From: a virus
Reading direction: 5' to 3' (one strand)
DNA length: 64,000 nt
IMG/VR virus record: IMGVR_UViG_3300040758_000113
The position numbers were made by a program, and so were the translations under genes. Shown in pieces: positions 35,783 to 44,158 of the stretch (position 1 is its first letter; each line of letters starts with the position of its first letter). The notes beneath the pieces are model-generated. The model had not been told where the DNA came from. It worked only from the letters and a program-made list of their open reading frames with translations, and did not search any database.

Positions 35783-36169
35783 ATGCCTCGTTATCCTTTT
35801 GTTGTGTGCGTTGCTGACTCTCGCCCCATTTGGCTCCCATGTCCCAAGCCTCCAGAAACAACGCCAAATCAACCCGAGTGGCCCACGGAAATCTTGTCTC
35901 AAAAACTATGCTGTCCCGAATGCGGCCATACGTTTCTTTACACGGAACGACATGTCCAGTGGGAGTTAATTCCGCTGCACGCCCTCAAGCGTTCAACGCT
36001 TATTGACGAGGTGGTTTTGGACAAGACATCCGAAGCTCTAAGGACGCAATTTCAGCCTTTACTTCATCAACTGGAAACAGCGGCGGGCAAGGAGGGTGCG
36101 CCGGAGAACGAGAGGACCGCAATTCTACGAGAAATCGTAGAAAAGCTAAGTAGTCTCCATCGTCCATGA
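35783..36169 (+). CDS. hypothetical protein with Zn-ribbon (CCPECGH)
   Basis: internal Met of ORF 35609..36169. Confidence 0.4.
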   Translation: MPRYPFVVCVADSRPIWLPCPKPPETTPNQPEWPTEILSQKLCCPECGHTFLYTERHVQWELIPLHALKRSTLIDEVVLDKTSEALRTQFQPLLHQLETAAGKEGAPENERTAILREIVEKLSSLHRP

Positions 36170-36689
36170 CGACCCACTTCCCCGAGCTTTTGAATTTTCC
36201 GTCGTGCAATCCGCCGATGACTCTGTGCATCATGATGTAACCTGCGTCGTCCATAACCAATCTCCCTTCGATTGAAATCAACTGGAATTTATTTCCTTCA
36301 CCTGGCCAGCGCCCACATAGTCTCTTCCGGCTGGTTCAAAAACTCATGCGAACTTCGGGACCGGAGTAGTGGTTGATTGCTTCGAGCCTTAACCGGTCTC
36401 GATAGGCTTTGTGGTTTTTCCTGTCTCTTTCCAGTTTTTCCACATTGCCTCACTCAGGCACCGGGGGGTCGTAAAAGATAGGAGGGTAACTGAGGCCCCC
36501 CGGTCCTGTCTACTGCAACGACGGACGAAACGACTCACTTCTCAAACGGTGCTTCTACTTCTCACTCATATAATACCTCCGGTAGTCGAAATATTGCAGA
36601 ATTTTTTATTCCGGCCATAGATTTTGCGTCGGCGGGGACTGCCTGCTTTAGCTGGCAGAGGAAGCCGACGTACCCCCTTTCAAAATAAA

Positions 36690-36720
36690 CTCCAAATTTC
36701 CTACTTTCTGTGGTATTATA
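36690..36720 (+). promoter_or_regulatory. candidate sigma70-like promoter with extended -10 (TGgTATTAT)
   Basis: TGGTATTAT at 36711-36719 ahead of + strand small-gene operon. Confidence 0.35.
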
Positions 36721-36931
36721 TAAGTGGCGGTCTCAAAGCTGAAAATGCTGGTTATCGCCACTGATTTACCAGTCATTCTAACTTGATACAGGGGCTCGGA
36801 TAAGCCCTTCAAGCGTTAACGCAAGCGTAGTAGAGCTAAGCGTAGCTTGAGAAGCCGTCGCCTTTAGGCGACGGAGAAGTCACGCAGAAGCGTGGATACA
36901 AATATAGTGGAGACAGTAAAGGAAACTGTAT

Positions 36932-37168
36932 ATGAAACTACCATGGAAGTGCCCGGCCTGCGGAACGGTTCACGTGCATCCCACTGATGGGTGCCGACAC
37001 TGCAACCGTCCGACTGAGGAACCCGACCCGATTTTCAGTCTCGGCTCCCGTCCAATTGAGGGAACCAAGCTTACCATGCGGGTAGCAAAATGTCGAACCC
37101 CACAGGAGGGATGTGATGTTCTTTTTTTCACACATAGCCGAGGCTTTCAAACGGTGGAAGAGAAATAA
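36932..37168 (+). CDS. hypothetical CxxC protein
   Basis: AAAGGAAA RBS; CPACG...CRHC. Confidence 0.45.
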   Translation: MKLPWKCPACGTVHVHPTDGCRHCNRPTEEPDPIFSLGSRPIEGTKLTMRVAKCRTPQEGCDVLFFTHSRGFQTVEEK

Positions 37169-37448
37169 GTCCTTCATGGAAGGCGGCACGCTGTTCATGG
37201 GGACGCCGGGCGGGGAGATGGTCAACATGGGAACCATCACCGACTTTAAGATGACCATGAAAGAACCAAGTGATGAACAGCAGGTTCGTAAGAGCCTCGA
37301 AGAAGGCAAGTGCCCCGACTGCGGCAACATGAAATTCCTCCCCGGTCCCTGCGGCGGTGGAAGCCAGAACTACATGTGCGCTGCGTGCGGGCACCGTTTT
37401 AACATCGCCTCCATGGGCGACACTTTGATTCTCGCTGAGCGCATCTAG
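37116..37448 (+). CDS. hypothetical Zn-ribbon protein
   Basis: AGGAGGG RBS; CPDCG...CAACGH. Confidence 0.55.
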   Translation: MFFFSHIAEAFKRWKRNKSFMEGGTLFMGTPGGEMVNMGTITDFKMTMKEPSDEQQVRKSLEEGKCPDCGNMKFLPGPCGGGSQNYMCAACGHRFNIASMGDTLILAERI

Positions 37449-37456
37449 GAGACGCT

Positions 37457-37840
37457 ATGAGAGACGCCGCCATCCCGATGAGTGGGAGAGTGTGGTCTAC
37501 CCGAGGGGGAAGAGGCCACTACGTTGAACTCGAAGGCCGGGACATACAGGCTGTGATAGCGGACGAATTATACGAACGGTGGGAAAAAATCGAAGAGGAG
37601 AGCCCCAAAGGAAAGCCGGAAAGCCCACTCACCAAGCGGGATGACATCACCGCCTTCCTCCTCTTAGACAAGCTCCAACCCGGCACAGATGATATGGTCT
37701 CCTGCGCCGAGCACGACCAAATCTGGCTGGGCATTGACACGGCGGAATTGGCGAAGGTCATCACTGATGAGATTCGCATTCTCGTGCTGTGCGGTGTTCA
37801 CATGGAAACGGGCGGGCAAAGCCTCTATATGTTTCGATGA
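37457..37840 (+). CDS. hypothetical protein
   Basis: ORF in operon. Confidence 0.55.
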   Translation: MRDAAIPMSGRVWSTRGGRGHYVELEGRDIQAVIADELYERWEKIEEESPKGKPESPLTKRDDITAFLLLDKLQPGTDDMVSCAEHDQIWLGIDTAELAKVITDEIRILVLCGVHMETGGQSLYMFR

Positions 37841-37846
37841 GGTAAT

Positions 37847-38143
37847 ATGAACGAAAAATGCACACAAACCTTGGACAGACATCCATTTCCTATGGGGAGA
37901 GCATACCCGGACTCCCTCACCCCCGTGGCGGAGTTTAACATCAGGGGCCGCATATTGAGCCTCTACACAGTCAAGGGCTACAGGCCGTCTGAGAACTACT
38001 CCCTATACTGGAATGATGAGACCAATCCCGTCCAGCATAACATGACTCCCTATGAGGTATTCAAGGCATTAGAGAGCCTCCTGGAAACAGAAGCCAAGAA
38101 ACACCGGGACCAAGAACTTGATTGGCTGGTGGAATACTCATGA
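37847..38143 (+). CDS. hypothetical protein
   Basis: ORF in operon. Confidence 0.55.
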   Translation: MNEKCTQTLDRHPFPMGRAYPDSLTPVAEFNIRGRILSLYTVKGYRPSENYSLYWNDETNPVQHNMTPYEVFKALESLLETEAKKHRDQELDWLVEYS

Positions 38144-38481
38144 GCGACCTGATTATCACTACCGGATGGTACTGGGTAGTGTTCAAAATCAGCCAACGTC
38201 TGGAGATATTGCATTACACTGCCCTCGAAGAAAAAGGGTTATGGCAGGCTTTCGGCGACGACTTTGAGTACGATGCCGAAGATTTCGTCGTGTGGGGGCC
38301 GATTGCCGCCCCGCCGTATCTCGGCTGCGGGTGGTGCAATGCCACGGGTTTCAAGCCCAACCAGCCCACGATAGAGCAATGCTCTCACTGTGGTGGTACC
38401 GGGCTATATTCCGTAATGCGGAGGCTACATGGAGAAGACGAAGAAGAAGGCACCCAAGTTAACACCAGTGGCGGAGTTTGA
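38140..38481 (+). CDS. hypothetical protein (ATGA-coupled start MSDLII)
   Basis: coupling. Confidence 0.5.
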   Translation: MSDLIITTGWYWVVFKISQRLEILHYTALEEKGLWQAFGDDFEYDAEDFVVWGPIAAPPYLGCGWCNATGFKPNQPTIEQCSHCGGTGLYSVMRRLHGEDEEEGTQVNTSGGV

Positions 38482-38602
38482 CATCTATTGCCCTTATTGC
38501 CAAGAGAGCTTGCACGCCAAAGTGGCGAAGGGGCCGAAAAAGCACCAGCTTACGCTGGAAGCATGCGATTCCTACCCCACCACGGCTGAGGAAGAGAAAT
38601 GA
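38429..38602 (+). CDS. small CxxC protein (57 aa) not in ORF track
   Basis: ATG 38429; stop TGA overlaps ATG of next gene (ATGA). Confidence 0.35.
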   Translation: MEKTKKKAPKLTPVAEFDIYCPYCQESLHAKVAKGPKKHQLTLEACDSYPTTAEEEK

Positions 38603-39141
38603 AAAAGTTCGGCAGACTCTACATCGACATTGACGACACCATTATGGGCAGGTATCGCCAGCACACCTTCCTCGAACTGCGCCCCGGCGTCATCAGTCAG
38701 CTTCGAGTCCTCGCCAAACTGTTCGACTGCTACTGGCTCACCTGCTGGCCATGGGAAAATCCGCCGAGCAACATGGACATCCAAACCCTTCTCCGAGTTC
38801 TCTACGCCCACGACCTCGTCAAGGACATCAAGTATATGAACTGGGGGCACGGAGACCCGGACGAGAAAGCCGGGGCGGTGCTCAAACCCGGTGAACCACA
38901 GGACTTCTGGTGGTTGGAAGACCAGCTTGGTAAGGCTGAATTGGCCGCTTTAGAGCGGGCCGGTAAACTTGACCGTTACATTGAAGTCGAGTCCGTAGGT
39001 CCGTGGAAGTTCGCCGACGCCTGTTTGGAGCTTTTCAAGCGCACCAAAATCAACCACGAAAACCTCATGAAAGCTGGAGGAAGTTTCAAGGTATTCCGCA
39101 AAGAAGACTTCTTCACCCCCGTCATAGTCACCCCCGTCTAA
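38599..39141 (+). CDS. HAD-superfamily hydrolase-like protein
   Basis: LYIDIDDTIMG = DxDxT motif I. Confidence 0.6.
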   Translation: MKKFGRLYIDIDDTIMGRYRQHTFLELRPGVISQLRVLAKLFDCYWLTCWPWENPPSNMDIQTLLRVLYAHDLVKDIKYMNWGHGDPDEKAGAVLKPGEPQDFWWLEDQLGKAELAALERAGKLDRYIEVESVGPWKFADACLELFKRTKINHENLMKAGGSFKVFRKEDFFTPVIVTPV

Positions 39142-39559
39142 GGTAAGAAATTGCCTTTTCAAATAACTTCATATCATCCCTCCACCTAGCAAGAATCCAA
39201 TTACAACGACGACAGAGGAGACCACGCACACACTTTCCACAAGATGTTTTTCCGGGACAGCATGAGTGGTCGTGGTCTACGGCTAAATTTATCACTCTAC
39301 CCCTTACAACCACTGTCTCAGGCTCTCCGCATATAGCGCAAACCCCACCTTGTTGGATAAGCATCTCATTGTATTTTTCTACTGTAATGCGGTAGCACCT
39401 TCTCAGATTCTCAAAGTTGTAGCCTCGCTGCAATCGTCTAGCTTTTTGGGCATCATTATGACACTTTTTACAATAAGACTGTAAACCACTACTCTTGGCG
39501 GAGTTCTTAGTAAATTTTGACTTATCCGTTTCTCCACACTTTGCACACTTGGTACTCAT
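39128..39559 (-). CDS. endonuclease VII-family resolvase/nuclease
   Basis: CAICG...LAVDHDHSCC...GLLCRRCN. Confidence 0.75.
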   Translation of the reverse strand: MSTKCAKCGETDKSKFTKNSAKSSGLQSYCKKCHNDAQKARRLQRGYNFENLRRCYRITVEKYNEMLIQQGGVCAICGEPETVVVRGRVINLAVDHDHSCCPGKTSCGKCVRGLLCRRCNWILARWRDDMKLFEKAISYLRRG

Positions 39560-39645
39560 TTATTCCTCCTTTTAAGTAAAATGATAGACAGCTAATTGGG
39601 GGTTAGGGTGATTAAACGGGATACTAAGCTCTTTAGAGAGGAGTA

Positions 39646-40416
39646 ATGGGCAACTCGAATTTCATTCCGATTTGGACTCAACTCGCCGGGTATCCTAACG
39701 GCCCCTACCAGCAAACCCTTGCACCTGCTATCACTAAATCTGTGGGAGCGGCGAGTGCCGGGGCAATACCGGTTCTTGGAGCCAATGGACAACTTGACCC
39801 CTCCTTTGGGGGAGGGAGCGGACCGACCCCCTCCATGACTTTTTCCGCTTCCCCCAGTGTGGCGGAAATAGGCTCTACGGTTGCTTTGGTCATTTTGAAT
39901 TGGACTCTCTCCAACATCACTGCCACATCACAGGTCATCACCGGCAGCGGTATCACCGGCTCGGTATCCGTCAGCCCCGGCACGCTGACCTACCTAGTGA
40001 ACGGGCCTTTCACCAGCAACTCAAGCTGGAGCATCAACATAAACAGCGGAACGTTGACCGCCACGGCGACCCTGAGCTTCAACAGCAAGCGATACTGGGG
40101 TGTCAACGCCAGTGCTTCGCTCTCCAATTCCGACATCCTCGCTCTGCCCGGAACTCTCTCCGGGGGCAGCGATTTCACCCCCAACTTTGACCTCACGGTT
40201 TTTTACAACTGCTCGGGCGGGCCGAACTATCCGTACTTCTGCTTCCCGGCGTCCTACGGTATCCCGACCAACGTCACGGTAAGCGGATTGAGCTTCACCT
40301 CCTTTACCACGACACCGCAATCGTTCACTAACGCCTCGGGATATACGACTACCTATAACGTTATTAGGTTCAACTTCTTACAGACAGGAGCGTCCATAAA
40401 GACCGTCTGGGCTTAA
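39646..40416 (+). CDS. Ser/Thr-rich structural (fibre-associated) protein
   Basis: immediately precedes collagen-like fibre gene. Confidence 0.55.
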   Translation: MGNSNFIPIWTQLAGYPNGPYQQTLAPAITKSVGAASAGAIPVLGANGQLDPSFGGGSGPTPSMTFSASPSVAEIGSTVALVILNWTLSNITATSQVITGSGITGSVSVSPGTLTYLVNGPFTSNSSWSININSGTLTATATLSFNSKRYWGVNASASLSNSDILALPGTLSGGSDFTPNFDLTVFYNCSGGPNYPYFCFPASYGIPTNVTVSGLSFTSFTTTPQSFTNASGYTTTYNVIRFNFLQTGASIKTVWA

Positions 40417-40417
40417 C

Positions 40418-42631
40418 ATGCCGACACCACTCACAGGAGTAAACGTAGCTGCGCAGGTTGTCCCGTTCACCGACGCCGACACCTTCCCGACGCACGAGGC
40501 TATCTACGGCCTCGGGGGATGGCGTGAGGTAGACGACTACACCGCCCGTGACGCTATCCCCCAGCTTCGTCAAGAAGTCGGCATGATGGTGTACGTCCGC
40601 TCCGACCAGACCTTCTGGCAGTTGGTCACCGTGGGGTCGCCGGGCACCTACTCCCAAGTTCAGATGGGTTCCTCGGGAGCGACTGGGCCAACTGGGTATA
40701 CCGGCTACACTGGCCCCGGCAATTTTACGGGTTATACAGGGTATTCTGGGCCGACCGGCTACACCGGGTTCACGGGCTATACCGGCCCCGGTAACTTCAC
40801 AGGGTTCACTGGGTATACGGGTTACACGGGAGCAAGTGGCTACACGGGGTATACCGGCCCCGGCAACTTTACTGGGTTTACAGGGTACACCGGATATTCC
40901 GGCCCGAGCGGGTACACTGGCTATACCGGGCCGGGTAACTTCACAGGTTACTCTGGGTACACGGGATACAGTGGGTTCACAGGCTACACGGGCTTTACCG
41001 GTTATACGGGATACCTCTCTGCCACGCCTCCAGCCGTGGTGCAGGCGCAGGCTGTCAAGTCCAACTCCACCTCGTTCACCATCACCTTGGCTACCACGCC
41101 GGTAGCCGGGAACACGCTCCTCTTCTTCCTTGAGGGCAACTACTACGGGGGGACGGTCACCCCACCGGCAGGCTTGACGCAGCAGACTTCCTACTCGTCC
41201 GGCTCGGACATCGTCGTCACCGTGTGGTCAAGGACGGTGATCGGCGGTGATGGCGAGACGTGGGCAGGAAGCGTCGGCGTCAACAACGGCAATATGTATT
41301 GGAGCGTGGTGGAGGTCGCCGGTACGCCCTCGCTCGTCTTCGCCAGCGGCATAGCCACGATTAACAACGGTGCAGGCACGCTCACGTCCTCCACCATCAG
41401 CATCAATACCGCCGCCACGGTCTTCGGCTCGTTCTGCTGCAACAGGGCGGCGGTCTCCTACGCATTCTCGTTCAATACCCCTCCCCTTAGCTCTCCCTAC
41501 ACCAACACCATCACCTTCAGTGGCGGCTCGGGGTTTGACGGGCAGCAGTTCTGCCTCGGCTACGCATCGTCGGCAAGCATCCCCGTGGCACCCATCGTGG
41601 CGAACTTCAATACCCAAGACCCTGCCGCCACCGCCTACTATGCCTCGGTCATCTGCTCCGTGCTGCCCGTGGGAGCACAGGGACCCACAGGCTACACGGG
41701 ACCCAGCGGGTATACCGGCTATAGCGGGTTCACCGGATATACGGGTCCGGGCAATTTCACCGGTTACACTGGATACACCGGCCCAACCGGGCCGGGAGCG
41801 TTCACCGGCTACACCGGTTACACGGGCGCTGGAACAACTGGTTATACGGGCTATACCGGGCCGGGGAATTTTACGGGGTATACGGGGTATTCCGGCTATA
41901 CTGGAGATACTGGCCCGCCCGGTTCGGCGTCTTCCACAGGTGCGACGGGGTATACGGGTTACACAGGGCCGAACATTACTGGATATACCGGCTACACTGG
42001 GCCATCTAGCGGCAGCACCTACCCGTTTTCTGGCCTCACCCCGCCGACCACCTCCAGCTTCTTTTGGGTCAACCAAGGAACGTCCACGCTGATAGCCCAG
42101 AATAACATGCTGGCACTCAGTGCCACAGGTAACGGGGCGGACAACATCCACTTCTATGGTGTAAACCTCCCGGTCACTCCTTGGACGGTCATTGCGGCTC
42201 TCATCATCAAACCCCCCATGTTCATGTACAGCACCAGTACCATTTACAACGGCAATTGGTGGGAGGGTATTGCTTTGTCGGACGGGACGAAATTCAAGAC
42301 GTTTGACATCGGCAAGGGAAACAACGCTGTGCCGGTATTGGAAATAGACTACTACACCACTACCAGCGCCTTCTCCCACAATGTTGCAACTTCCATGTAC
42401 ATCTTCCCGCCACTTTTCTGGATGAAGATTCATGACGACGGCAGCACCCGGACTTACTGGTACAGCACTGACCCGACGAATCTCGATTGGCAGCAGGTTT
42501 ACTCGGAGACCCACACCAACGACGTGACTCCGACCATGGCGGGATACGTCATCAATCTGTATGGAGCAAACTTGAACGGCATTACCGTCACTACCGGGGC
42601 GTTCCTAAGCTGGCAACTACTGAGTTCATAG
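40418..42631 (+). CDS. tail-fibre-like protein with two collagen-like G-X-Y (GYT) repeat blocks
   Basis: GYTGYTGPGNFTGYTGYSGPTGYTG... repeats at ~aa 90-190 and 420-500. Confidence 0.75.
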   Translation: MPTPLTGVNVAAQVVPFTDADTFPTHEAIYGLGGWREVDDYTARDAIPQLRQEVGMMVYVRSDQTFWQLVTVGSPGTYSQVQMGSSGATGPTGYTGYTGPGNFTGYTGYSGPTGYTGFTGYTGPGNFTGFTGYTGYTGASGYTGYTGPGNFTGFTGYTGYSGPSGYTGYTGPGNFTGYSGYTGYSGFTGYTGFTGYTGYLSATPPAVVQAQAVKSNSTSFTITLATTPVAGNTLLFFLEGNYYGGTVTPPAGLTQQTSYSSGSDIVVTVWSRTVIGGDGETWAGSVGVNNGNMYWSVVEVAGTPSLVFASGIATINNGAGTLTSSTISINTAATVFGSFCCNRAAVSYAFSFNTPPLSSPYTNTITFSGGSGFDGQQFCLGYASSASIPVAPIVANFNTQDPAATAYYASVICSVLPVGAQGPTGYTGPSGYTGYSGFTGYTGPGNFTGYTGYTGPTGPGAFTGYTGYTGAGTTGYTGYTGPGNFTGYTGYSGYTGDTGPPGSASSTGATGYTGYTGPNITGYTGYTGPSSGSTYPFSGLTPPTTSSFFWVNQGTSTLIAQNNMLALSATGNGADNIHFYGVNLPVTPWTVIAALIIKPPMFMYSTSTIYNGNWWEGIALSDGTKFKTFDIGKGNNAVPVLEIDYYTTTSAFSHNVATSMYIFPPLFWMKIHDDGSTRTYWYSTDPTNLDWQQVYSETHTNDVTPTMAGYVINLYGANLNGITVTTGAFLSWQLLSS

Positions 42632-42643
42632 TATTATTCTTTA

Positions 42644-43401
42644 TGAAACCGCAGCTTTCTGAAATCCTGTCAATGGTTCTCAACCCCAAGGGGAAGCCCG
42701 AGGTAGAGGAGACCATTCAACACATCCTATTATTTTACAATGACCCCAAGCGTAAATGGCAGAACGCCGATTACCTGTTACTGGGTATCCATGAGCATCA
42801 CCGGCTTCTCGGCGTATATCCGGTTCGTGATGCCATGGCAGCATGGCTCTACCACGCCGCTGAACCTAATGATGAGGAGACCGGGGTAGTGGCTTTCCTC
42901 CGGGATAGCCAAAAACTGGGATTCACTTTCGATGAAGCGGAGAATTACGTCATTCCCCTCATCACCCAATCCCGCCCCTCTCTAAAAAGTTCCTCCGTGG
43001 TGGGGGATATGCGCATTGCGATATTGGGACAGAGCCGGGTGAAGTATCTCGCCTATTCCAGAAAACTCCAGCAATCATGGAAATTTCTTGATCCCCAACA
43101 ATGGGAACAAGGGAGAATAGCCGCTCTAAAGGAACTGCTTTCCCGTCCCCGGTTGTATTTCCGGAAGGAGTTTGAGTCCAAGATGGCGGCGATTGCAAAA
43201 GAGAATATGCAAGTGGAGCTTTCCCTGCTTGGTTACATTCTTCCTCCCAAGGAACCGGAGCCGGTGGAAGTGCTTGCTTCCCCTGTAGTGCCTATAAGAA
43301 TATTGAGCATGGAAGAAATAGTCAAAAAGCAAGAGGAAGCCAAGGCAGCGTCAGGTGTGACCGGTCCAGCGGAACCAGCGTCTCCTCAGTCCGGTGAATG
43401 A
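42644..43401 (+). CDS. hypothetical protein (possible fibre chaperone)
   Basis: ATG right after fibre gene stop. Confidence 0.5.
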
Positions 43402-43493
43402 ATTGGAGACTTCAAAATAGTCTACCATAGCTTTTCATGGGTGGTTGAAGAGGGGAGCCCGCCTTGGCTCCCCTCGAAAAGCGAGAACCAACT

Positions 43494-44147
43494 ATGGTTG
43501 TATGTCTCTACAGGTACCCTCACCCGTTTATTCAAGATAAATGGTTGTATGTAGGACAAGGTATTGACCGTGACAAACGGCATCGTTCTGGAAAGTCTTC
43601 TTTTGGAAGAAGATTCCAAACTCTATTTCCTAACGCTACTCTACCCCAACCTGTAAGGTGGGAAGAAACCGCTAATAATTGTCTTGACGCCAATTGTGCT
43701 GAAATTTTAGCCATGTTCAAATATCACACTTGGAGAGGATACCCTGGTGGTATGAACCTTACCTTTCCCGGCTCCCATGATTATAAAAACATCTCTAGAC
43801 TTGGGGGGATTATGCAACCTCGGGAAGCAAAAATTAAAGGGGGGAAAAGTCAATCCCGAGAGGCAAGGATAAAAAACTGGAAAAAATACGCCGATTCAAC
43901 TCCTCTGTCACTTCAGAAGCGGGTCTCTCACATTATCGCAGTTAAAAATGGAACTGAAACAGCTCGTGAAAATGTTAAAAGCGGGCAAGCCTCCAATCTT
44001 GGTAAGAGTGGGTTAGGGGGACGAACAGTTGCAAAAATACCTGGCCATATGGCAGTTCTAAACCGTATTGCTATGTGTCTCCGTTGGAACGTCCACCGTG
44101 GCAAGCCCTGCACCTGTGGAAAACACCAACTCTCCAATAAATTTTAA
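43494..44147 (+). CDS. GIY-YIG-like homing endonuclease with C-terminal GKPCTCGKH motif
   Basis: VCLYRYPHP...WLYVGQG; C-terminal RWNVHRGKPCTCGKH shared with 47671..48363. Confidence 0.6.
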   Translation: MVVCLYRYPHPFIQDKWLYVGQGIDRDKRHRSGKSSFGRRFQTLFPNATLPQPVRWEETANNCLDANCAEILAMFKYHTWRGYPGGMNLTFPGSHDYKNISRLGGIMQPREAKIKGGKSQSREARIKNWKKYADSTPLSLQKRVSHIIAVKNGTETARENVKSGQASNLGKSGLGGRTVAKIPGHMAVLNRIAMCLRWNVHRGKPCTCGKHQLSNKF

Positions 44148-44158
44148 AATAACCAGTA

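Noticed and set aside
36000-36281. 93-aa minus-strand ORF
   Set aside because: It overlaps the plus-strand gene 35783-36169 and has no RBS.
41228-42514. 428-aa minus-strand ORF antisense to the tail-fibre gene
   Set aside because: It is an antisense translation of the collagen-like repeats, giving Arg/Gly/Pro-rich low-complexity protein.
40418-42631. Short tandem GGGTATAC(C/G)GG-type DNA repeats that might be mistaken for a CRISPR or repeat array
   Set aside because: They are in frame and encode the collagen-like G-Y-T triplets of the fibre protein. There are no spacer-like unique segments.
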